From: Candidatus Micrarchaeota archaeon
Lineage (GTDB): Archaea > Micrarchaeota > Micrarchaeia > Anstonellales > Anstonellaceae
Direction: 5' to 3'
DNA: 13,543 nt
Assembly: GCA_043810635.1 (NCBI GenBank)
Contig: JBDRNY010000060.1
Coordinates: 1 to 13,543, forward strand
Made by a program: the position numbers and the translations under genes. The notes under the pieces were generated by a model. It saw nothing but the letters and a program-made list of their open reading frames with translations. It was not told where the DNA came from and did no database searches. Position 1 is the stretch's first letter. Each line of letters starts with the position of its first letter. Positions 1 to 6,861 of the stretch are shown here, piece by piece.

Positions 1-792
1 GATGCAAAACAAATAGAAGACGCAAGAAAAAGGATTTCAGAAAAAAAATCCCCGCCCCCCGCCCCTGTCAAAAAAATTCCCCCCCCGAAAAAGGAAGTTG
101 AAGGAGAAGATGCTGCTTTTGACGAACTTGAAGCAGCAGCCCAGGAGCTTGAAGAGTCGCAAAGAAAAAGAAGGGAAAAAACAATTTCAAGAATTGCGCA
201 CCCGCCCCCTTCTGTGGAAGAACCTCCCTCCCCTTTGCCAAAGCAGAAAAAATATTCTGCCCCCCCGGGCGCCTCCTCGCTTGCAAAAAGGCTTGGCATT
301 TCAAAAACTCAGGCAAGAATGCCTCTCCCAGTAAAAAAGGCACCGGAAATCAAAAAGCCGGAAATTAAGAAAAAAGAGATTAAGGAAAAAGAAATTGTGG
401 AAAAAAGGAGAGTTGAAAAAGCCGGGGAAATTGAAAAGGTTGAATGGAAAATTGAGGGGGAAGAGGAAGTTAAGAAAGAAAAGCCGGCGGTAAAATCCTC
501 TCTTTCAGAAGAGGCAAAAAAAATGCTCACTCCCGAGAAAGGGCAGCAGTCAACCGCGGTTGCAGACGAGCTTTTTTTTGCATATGCAAAAGAAAAGTAT
601 AAATGGCTTTATGAAATATATAAAATGGGGGGAATGAGCTTAGAAGAATTCCGAAGGCGGGTAAAGGAAAAAATGTCCCAAGGATCCGGGGAAGGCACAA
701 TAACCCCCGAGGGAGGGGGGGATGGGGAAGATACGGACAACCCGGCCTTCAATAACCTTAATAAAGAGCTGGATAAGAAGTTCAAAAAGTAG
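1..792 (+). CDS. Hypothetical K/E/P-rich low-complexity protein, 5'-truncated by the window edge; first visible gene of the left pilus operon
   Basis: Frame 1 is open from base 1 (DAKQIEDARKRISEKKSPPPAP...) into the listed 214..792 ORF, so the true start lies upstream of the window. It has a helical-looking C-terminal segment (YAKEKYKWLYEIYKMGGMSLEEFRRRV) and is co-oriented with, and close to, the tadB/C-like genes. Confidence 0.8.
   Translation, partial: DAKQIEDARKRISEKKSPPPAPVKKIPPPKKEVEGEDAAFDELEAAAQELEESQRKRREKTISRIAHPPPSVEEPPSPLPKQKKYSAPPGASSLAKRLGISKTQARMPLPVKKAPEIKKPEIKKKEIKEKEIVEKRRVEKAGEIEKVEWKIEGEEEVKKEKPAVKSSLSEEAKKMLTPEKGQQSTAVADELFFAYAKEKYKWLYEIYKMGGMSLEEFRRRVKEKMSQGSGEGTITPEGGGDGEDTDNPAFNNLNKELDKKFKK
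343..402 (+). repeat. Degenerate 15-bp coding tandem repeat (PEIKK-PEIKK-KEIKE-KEIVE)
   Basis: ccggaaatcaaaaag / ccggaaattaagaaa / aaagagattaaggaa / aaagaaattgtggaa. Confidence 0.6.
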
Positions 793-814
793 CAAATGTT
801 TGTGAGTGGTTGTT

Positions 815-1747
815 ATGTGCGCAAAAAAAATATTCAGAAAAAAAGACAAGGCTCCTGCTCCCTATATAAGCACACCCGTAAGAAAAGCTTCTTCAGGCGG
901 GCACAGGGTAATATTAAAGCATTTTTTCACATCCCTTGCTTCCCGCTTCCCGCGCCTGCAAAAAGAGATTGAAATGGCTGAAATGGACACCACCCCCGTA
1001 GAATTTGTGCAAAAAAGCTTTTTCACCTCATTCTTTCTCACCATAATACTTGAATTAATTGTAATATGGGCCGCAATTTCGCAAAAAACCGGGGCATTAA
1101 TGCTTGCCGCGGTAATATTGCTCACAATCCCCCTCTTCTTTTTGCTTGTATTCAACACCGCGCTTTACCATCCAAGAGTAAGAATAATCCGCCGCGGCCG
1201 GAAAATAGACCAGGAAATTGTTTTTTGCGGCAGGCACCTTCTGATAGAATTGCGCTCAGGAGTTACTTTGTTTGACGCAATGGTGGGAGTAACAAAAGAA
1301 TACGGGGAAGTCAGCAAGGAATTCAATAAAATAGTCGAGAAAATAACCCTCGGGGTGCCGGCATCAGCCGCAATGCATGAAGTTGCAGACAAATCCCCCT
1401 CCACCTATTTCAAAAGGGTTGTATTGCAGATTGCAAATTCCATCACATCAGGCTCAGATGTTGCAGATTCTTTGGAATCTGTGCTCAGCCAGGTTTCAAA
1501 AGAGCAAATTATCAAATTAAAGGCATATGGCCAGAAATTAAATCCATTAGTTATGTTTTATATGCTGTTCGGAGTGATTATTCCGTCTCTCGGGGTTGCA
1601 TTTATGATAATTGTTTTCTCGGTTATAGGCGCGGGGTTTGAATCAATGGGCATTGCCCTAATGGCCGCAACCCTGTCCGCAGTGCTGATAATACAGACCT
1701 TGTTTCTTTCAGTTGCCGAGAATTCAAGGCCATGCTTTGATTTGTAG
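815..1747 (+). CDS. Type II secretion system F family (TadB/TadC/FlaJ-like) pilus platform membrane protein
   Basis: Two TM helices, then an F domain (IDQEIVFCGRHLLIELRSGVTLFDAM...YGEVSKEFNKIVEKITLG...SGSDVADSLESV), then C-terminal TM helices. ATG at 815 is preceded by GAGTGGT; the GTG at 806 is an alternative start. Confidence 0.88.
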   Translation: MCAKKIFRKKDKAPAPYISTPVRKASSGGHRVILKHFFTSLASRFPRLQKEIEMAEMDTTPVEFVQKSFFTSFFLTIILELIVIWAAISQKTGALMLAAVILLTIPLFFLLVFNTALYHPRVRIIRRGRKIDQEIVFCGRHLLIELRSGVTLFDAMVGVTKEYGEVSKEFNKIVEKITLGVPASAAMHEVADKSPSTYFKRVVLQIANSITSGSDVADSLESVLSQVSKEQIIKLKAYGQKLNPLVMFYMLFGVIIPSLGVAFMIIVFSVIGAGFESMGIALMAATLSAVLIIQTLFLSVAENSRPCFDL

Positions 1748-1756
1748 GGGGAGTGT

Positions 1757-2830
1757 ATGGTTGCAAATTCATTTTATGACATAATCGGGCGCTTTTTCGG
1801 GCGCGAAAGAACAAAAAGATTTGGAATGTTTCTTTCCACCGGAGGATTCCGCCTCTCCCCTGAAAGGTTTGCGGGCTTGTATGTTGTAATTTCCATACTC
1901 TCCTCCCTTCTTGTCGCCCTCCTCCTCTTTATTTTAGGCCCTTTGCGCACTTCTCTATTTAAATTCGGGCTTTTTGCATTCCGCCCCCTTACAGTGCATT
2001 CTTCGTTTTTCATCCCCATTTTCACAATTTTAATTTCCTTTATATTTGCATTCGGGTTTATTGCACTGCTCGGCTATATGTTTGTCATACTTGCGGCAGA
2101 CAAGAGAAGAAATGATGTTGAGGAAAACCTCCCCGACTTTTTGATACTTGCGGCAGCAAACGCGCGCGCGGGAATGACAATAGACCAGGCATTGTGGCAT
2201 GCTGCAAAGCCTGAATTCGGAATACTTTCAGACGAGGTGCAGGTTGTTGCAAAGCGGGCATTTGGCGGAGTGCCTTTTGGCGAGGCAATAGGCCACCTTA
2301 ACAAATCCTTTGATTCAAAAATAGTGCGCCGCACAGTGGCGCTCATAAAGCAGGGGCTTGCGTCAGGAAGCAGAGTTGCGGTAATATTAGAGCGCACTGC
2401 AGAGGATGCGCGGGATATGCAAATAATAAAGCAGGACATATCCGCCTCCCTCCTCATGTATGTAATATTCATAGTGTTTGCAGCAACAATCGGCACCCCC
2501 TTTCTTTTTGCAGTTTCTGCAAAACTGGTAATGCTTATGGAAGAGGTGCTTGGGGAAATTCCTATTGCCGGAGACCTTCCCGCAACAGGAAGCATGACTT
2601 TGATAAAGCCCCAGCCCCCAATCGTATCCAGCGAACAATTTTTCATTTTCGTCCTTCTCTCCCTTCTCATCACTTCAGTAACAGCCTCGCTTCTGATAGG
2701 GGTAATTAGAAAAGGAAACAAAAGGGAAGGAATAAAATATATTCCATTTATCCTCATTACCGGAGTGGCATTATTTTTCCTTGTAGTTGAGTTGATAGGG
2801 AATTTTGTGCGGGGGCTCGGCGGAGGATGA
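1757..2830 (+). CDS. Type II secretion system F family (TadC-like) pilus platform membrane protein
   Basis: Typical F-domain motif VEENLPDFLILAAANARAGMTIDQAL...EFGILSDE...GLASGSRVAVILERTAED, with multiple TM helices. SD-like GGGGAGTG lies just before the ATG. Confidence 0.92.
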   Translation: MVANSFYDIIGRFFGRERTKRFGMFLSTGGFRLSPERFAGLYVVISILSSLLVALLLFILGPLRTSLFKFGLFAFRPLTVHSSFFIPIFTILISFIFAFGFIALLGYMFVILAADKRRNDVEENLPDFLILAAANARAGMTIDQALWHAAKPEFGILSDEVQVVAKRAFGGVPFGEAIGHLNKSFDSKIVRRTVALIKQGLASGSRVAVILERTAEDARDMQIIKQDISASLLMYVIFIVFAATIGTPFLFAVSAKLVMLMEEVLGEIPIAGDLPATGSMTLIKPQPPIVSSEQFFIFVLLSLLITSVTASLLIGVIRKGNKREGIKYIPFILITGVALFFLVVELIGNFVRGLGGG

Positions 2831-2847
2831 AAAAGCAAACAGATATG

Positions 2848-2857
2848 TTTTTATACT
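2848..2857 (+). promoter_or_regulatory. Putative TATA box (TTTTTATACT) for the pilin gene
   Basis: Matches the archaeal TTTATA consensus. The identical decamer occurs at 11511 and 13311, each upstream of a gene start. Confidence 0.6.
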
Positions 2858-2901
2858 TCACGTCGGTTAGGTGAGGTATTGGAAAGTATTGAGGTGGTTG
2901 T

Positions 2902-3378
2902 TTGAGCAGTAAAAAAGGTCAATCCGCTATGGAATATTTAATGACATACGGATGGGCATTGCTTGTAATAGTTATTGTAATAGCTGTATTAATGTTTATC
3001 AGGCCATTCGGAGCGCCCGAAAGCTGCGTATTTCAGCAGCCCGGCTTTAGTTGCGAAGGGCACAGAATAACCGCAAACAATGGATTGTATGCAAGAATTA
3101 CAAACGGGCAGCAAAAAAGCATTGAAAGAATTGAAATTGCATGCGTAAGAGGCACGGGAGATCCTACCGGCTACACTGTAGTGGCATTACCTGCTAATTA
3201 TAATGGCCAGCTTGCACATGGCAGGGACTTTAACACAAATGGGCTTGACTGCGGCACTGTGTCTGCAGGCGAAGACTTTTCAGGAAGACTGTATCTGCTC
3301 TTCCATTACACAGATGATGACCCCGGAGTGCCTGCAAAAAGATCAGTTGCAAACATAATCGGCCCGGTACAGCCTTAA
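2902..3378 (+). CDS. Archaeal type IV pilin-like protein with class III signal peptide
   Basis: N-terminus MSSKKG|QSAMEYLMTYGWALLVIVIVIAVL: basic residues, Gly at -1, Gln at +1, Glu at +5, then a hydrophobic helix. TTG start with strong SD GAGGTGG (2891-2897). Four Cys in the globular domain. Confidence 0.92.
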   Translation: MSSKKGQSAMEYLMTYGWALLVIVIVIAVLMFIRPFGAPESCVFQQPGFSCEGHRITANNGLYARITNGQQKSIERIEIACVRGTGDPTGYTVVALPANYNGQLAHGRDFNTNGLDCGTVSAGEDFSGRLYLLFHYTDDDPGVPAKRSVANIIGPVQP

Positions 3379-3379
3379 C

Positions 3380-3475
3380 TTCTTTTTTCCTTTTTTTATT
3401 TTATTTTTCCAAACCCCTTAATTTTAATTCTTATTTTTACAATTAGCTTATATTTTTCCGCTTAACCTTTTTTCC
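3380..3475 (+). terminator. Oligo-T-rich archaeal terminator region after the pilin, between convergent genes
   Basis: Several T5-T7 tracts begin immediately after the pilin stop codon (cttcttttttcctttttttattttatttttcc...). Confidence 0.6.
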
Positions 3476-3515
3476 ATCCCCCAAATTTCCCGGCCTAACC
3501 CGCCTGCCTTTTCCC

Positions 3516-5051
3516 CTATCTTCCCCTTCTCTTTCTTCTCACTCTTCCCGCCCTTCTCAGCCTCAGCCTCTTTCTTTCAATAGTCGCCCCGACAAGCAAT
3601 ACCATCATAATTGTAAGCAAAGTAACAATCATTGTCGGATTGTATTTATACACCGGAAATGTGCTTGACAATGCTTCAAATCCGTCCATAATTGCAGTAA
3701 TATTAAATATTGAATGCAATACTGTTGCAACCATCACTCCCGGAATAAGGGAAACAAGTGCCAATTTCCCCCATCCGTGCGATTTTGACCATCCAAGCGC
3801 AGCACCCAGCGCCCCGGTAAAGCATGCGTGCGCAATCGAATTGAAAAAGCTTCTATAAATTATCAAACCTGCCCATGATGCCAGCCCCATCTGCAATGGG
3901 TCTGTTTTTGATGCAAAATAAAGCCAGTTTTCAACAAATGAAAAACCAAGCCCTGTAGCCAATCCAAGGTGCAATCCGTGCAATGCATCTGAAAACTCAT
4001 GGTGCCCCCACAATACAAGCAATCCCGCGCCTTTAGCCACTTCTTCTATAAGAGGCGCAACAACTGCTGTTGTCATCAATATAATTATTGAATTATCCAC
4101 CCCCAGCAAGCTTCCAAGCACCCTTGCCTGGGTTGAATTTAATACAAGGGAAATAACCGCCGCGGTTATGCCCCATATAAACGCCCCCGCCAAAAACCTC
4201 AGCGGCATTTTTTCAACCAAATTATTGTAAATCCAAATAAGGGCAAAATAAATAAGGGGCATAATAAACGCCCCAATCAATGTAAGGAAAATTATTGTGG
4301 GCTTTTCCTCCCCCACCATAGTATTCCAAATAGTTGCCGCAATTACCAGAAGCAAAATAATCTCAACCACCCAAAAAACAGGGTTTATCAAAATATCTGC
4401 AATAATTTCTGTAAGCGGCCTGTTTTTTAATGCAGGAAAAAAGAAAGTTTTCATAGTATACTCTTTTTCAAATTTCTGCATCGACTTGCTTCTATATGCC
4501 CAGTGCGCCAGCACCAGCAAAACCGATATAATAACAATAGCTAAAATAGGCGCAACCACCTGCGCTGTTTTAAGTATTTTCTTGTTTTCCCCCAATTCAT
4601 ACCCGCTCCAGTCCTCTTCAACAGTAAAATACCTTCCAAGCAGAACCGCGCCCCCTTTTGCCACAATTGCATACTGCGTTTTTTCTTTTGTTTCCCCCCG
4701 ATACCTTGCCTCAAAATCAATATCAAACTCCCCGCTGGAATTTTTTTGCACCACGCCCAAAATCCTTTCTGTTTCCCATTTCCCCCCCGTATTTTCCAGA
4801 AGGTAAATTATCCAATTCTCATCATCGGAATTTCTTATTTTTATATTCACCTCAATCCTTGAAGGGCTGGCATTCAGCTTTTTTTCCCCAACCTTAATTT
4901 CACAGGGCAACCCATACGCAAAATCAGCCAAATCCTCGTCCGCCCCATAGCTTAAATTTGAAAAAATTATTGCTGAAAGAAAAACAGAAAAAGCAAATAT
5001 TGAAAATAAGCGACAATGCCCCCCAACCCCTTCTTTGTTTGCATCCAGCAT
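3516..5051 (-). CDS. prsW: PrsW-family glutamic-type intramembrane protease with N-terminal extracytoplasmic domain
   Basis: Motifs APLIEEVAKG (EExxK), GFSFVEN (FxxxEN), AHACF and LHSIFN (HxxxN). It has many TM helices, an N-terminal signal/TM segment plus a soluble domain, and an Arg-rich C-terminal tail. Confidence 0.9.
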   Translation of the reverse strand: MLDANKEGVGGHCRLFSIFAFSVFLSAIIFSNLSYGADEDLADFAYGLPCEIKVGEKKLNASPSRIEVNIKIRNSDDENWIIYLLENTGGKWETERILGVVQKNSSGEFDIDFEARYRGETKEKTQYAIVAKGGAVLLGRYFTVEEDWSGYELGENKKILKTAQVVAPILAIVIISVLLVLAHWAYRSKSMQKFEKEYTMKTFFFPALKNRPLTEIIADILINPVFWVVEIILLLVIAATIWNTMVGEEKPTIIFLTLIGAFIMPLIYFALIWIYNNLVEKMPLRFLAGAFIWGITAAVISLVLNSTQARVLGSLLGVDNSIIILMTTAVVAPLIEEVAKGAGLLVLWGHHEFSDALHGLHLGLATGLGFSFVENWLYFASKTDPLQMGLASWAGLIIYRSFFNSIAHACFTGALGAALGWSKSHGWGKLALVSLIPGVMVATVLHSIFNITAIMDGFEALSSTFPVYKYNPTMIVTLLTIMMVLLVGATIERKRLRLRRAGRVRRKRRGR

Positions 5052-5176
5052 GCAATTTCCCCTAGAACGGTACCAAGCTGCGCAGGAACAGCACTGCTAT
5101 TCCCGCATGCTTAATCAGCCACAAAAATATCTTATATTCCCATTTGCTCCTCTTCTTAACTACATCCAGCAAAGGC

Positions 5177-6757
5177 TTAAACGCCTCTTTTTTCCGCCCC
5201 CCCTAATTTGCTTTCAGTTATTTTCAAATGCTCTTTTCCATCCACAATAGTTTTCTCTTCAACGCTTCCAATCTGCTTTTTAGCCTGCTCATACCACGGC
5301 GGAAGCGAAGATTTTTTCTTAATTATCGCTTTCAAAAAGTCTCCTGCATTTATTTTCCTCTCCTTTCCGCTCTTAAATGCTTTTCTCCACGGAATTGCAG
5401 CCGCCTCTTCCACAATAGCTTTCAAATCCGAAGAAGCATAGCCCCATGTTGCAAATGCCATAAAAGACCAGGGCATCACCCCTAAAATAGGCAGCTTTTT
5501 TGAATGCAATTTCATAATCTCCTTCCTCGAAATAAGATCCGGCTCCGGCACATAAATTGCCTTCCCAAACCTCCCGCTCCTTCTCAATGCCGGGTCAACA
5601 TCCCACGGCGCGTTAGTTGCGCCTATTACAAGCACATTAACATTTTCAGATTCCATTCCGTCCATTTCATACAATAATTGGTTTATTGCCATTTTCATAT
5701 ATTGAGTGGATTGCCCCATATCCTCCCTTCTCCCCCCAAGCGCTTCCATTTCATCCACAAAAATAATGCACGGCGCATTTTTCCTTGCAGTTTCAAATAT
5801 ATTGTGCAAATTCTTTTCAGTCTGCCCAACATACATATCCAAAATATCTGAAATTTTTGCATTAATAAACGAAGAAGAGCATTCTCCTGCAGTTGCTTTT
5901 ACAACATAAGTTTTTCCGCAGCCGGGGGGGCCGTAAAGCATAATTCCCCCTCCCCCTAATTTTCCGTATCTTTTTGCCAATTCCGGCTTTACAAGGGGAT
6001 ATATTGCCGACTCCCTAATCTGCTCTTTTAATTTTTCCATGCCGGCAACATCTTTGTAATTCATTTTCGGCTTTGAAAGCAATTTCACAGGATTTATGCC
6101 CTGCTGCTGCTGCCCGTGCGCCGCGCCTGCAGGATTTTCAGGCCCTCCTGGCACCCCCGGTGCAACCCCCCCTGCAGCCTGCTTTGCTACAGCAATTTCC
6201 AAATGGTTTTTTGCCTCGTCAAATTGGGGGTTTAATTCAACCGCTTTTTTATAATCCTTAATTGCCTCATCCAATTTGTTCATATAGTCAAAAGCCAATC
6301 CCCGGATATGGTATGCTTCGGCAAAAGAAGGGTTAATTTTAATCACTTCATTAAAATCAGCAACAGCTTTCTCATAATCCTGCAAGCATGCATAAGCCAA
6401 CCCTCTATTGTAAAAAGCTTTCAAATATTTCTTATTCAATACAAGCGCTTTGTCATAATCCACAATAGCATTCTGGAAATCCTGCTTTCTGTAATAAGCA
6501 TCCCCCCTGTTGTTATAAATAACCGGATTTTTCGGGTCCAATTCAGCAGATTTTGTATAATCTCCAATAGATTTATCAAAATTTTTCAAATTATAATAAC
6601 ACAGCCCCCTGTTGAAATAAGCTTCGCTGAAGGTGGGGTTGAGAATTATTGCCATATTATAATTCTCAATAGATTTGTCATACTCCCCTTTTTCAAAGAG
6701 AGTATTCCCCTTATGGTAATATGTCCTTGCATCAGTCGGGCTCGGCTTATCCACCAT
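5177..6757 (-). CDS. TPR-repeat-containing classic-clade AAA+ ATPase (true C-terminus may extend to 5062 via a frameshift)
   Basis: Five 34-aa TPRs, a G/A/P/Q linker, Walker A GPPGCGKT, pore loop MYVG, Walker B IIFVDE and SRH TNAPWDVDPALRRSGRF. Confidence 0.93.
   Translation of the reverse strand: MVDKPSPTDARTYYHKGNTLFEKGEYDKSIENYNMAIILNPTFSEAYFNRGLCYYNLKNFDKSIGDYTKSAELDPKNPVIYNNRGDAYYRKQDFQNAIVDYDKALVLNKKYLKAFYNRGLAYACLQDYEKAVADFNEVIKINPSFAEAYHIRGLAFDYMNKLDEAIKDYKKAVELNPQFDEAKNHLEIAVAKQAAGGVAPGVPGGPENPAGAAHGQQQQGINPVKLLSKPKMNYKDVAGMEKLKEQIRESAIYPLVKPELAKRYGKLGGGGIMLYGPPGCGKTYVVKATAGECSSSFINAKISDILDMYVGQTEKNLHNIFETARKNAPCIIFVDEMEALGGRREDMGQSTQYMKMAINQLLYEMDGMESENVNVLVIGATNAPWDVDPALRRSGRFGKAIYVPEPDLISRKEIMKLHSKKLPILGVMPWSFMAFATWGYASSDLKAIVEEAAAIPWRKAFKSGKERKINAGDFLKAIIKKKSSLPPWYEQAKKQIGSVEEKTIVDGKEHLKITESKLGGAEKRGV
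6221..6730 (-). repeat. Five tandem TPR motifs (102-bp period) within the AAA ATPase gene
   Basis: ARTYYHKG../SEAYFNRG../PVIYNNRG../LKAFYNRG../AEAYHIRG.. at 34-aa spacing. Confidence 0.9.
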
Positions 6758-6789
6758 ATTCTATTACCTTATTTATTCGTCTATCCTCT

Positions 6790-6825
6790 CTTAATTTAAA
6801 AATATGAGCAATACATTTATACCTC
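6790..6825. promoter_or_regulatory. Divergent promoter region with TATA-like boxes on both strands
   Basis: TTTTTAAATT on the minus strand (6793-6802) upstream of the AAA gene, and TTTATACC on the plus strand (6816-6823) upstream of the reductase. Confidence 0.5.
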
Positions 6826-6861
6826 TTATTTTATTTATTCTTATGCCACAATTTCATCTAT

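Noticed and set aside
2074..2838. 254-aa minus-strand ORF, plus the other antisense or overlapping ORFs in the track (e.g. 4297..4806, 6308..6799, 8771..9199, 9842..10294)
   Set aside because: They are shadows of well-supported genes on the opposite strand or in another frame and have no recognisable motifs.
5035..5250. 71-aa plus-strand ORF spanning the AAA/prsW gap
   Set aside because: It overlaps both minus-strand genes. The gap is better explained by the frameshifted AAA tail.
6102..6113. (CTG)4 microsatellite encoding QQQQ in the TPR-AAA linker
   Set aside because: Too short; ordinary low-complexity linker.
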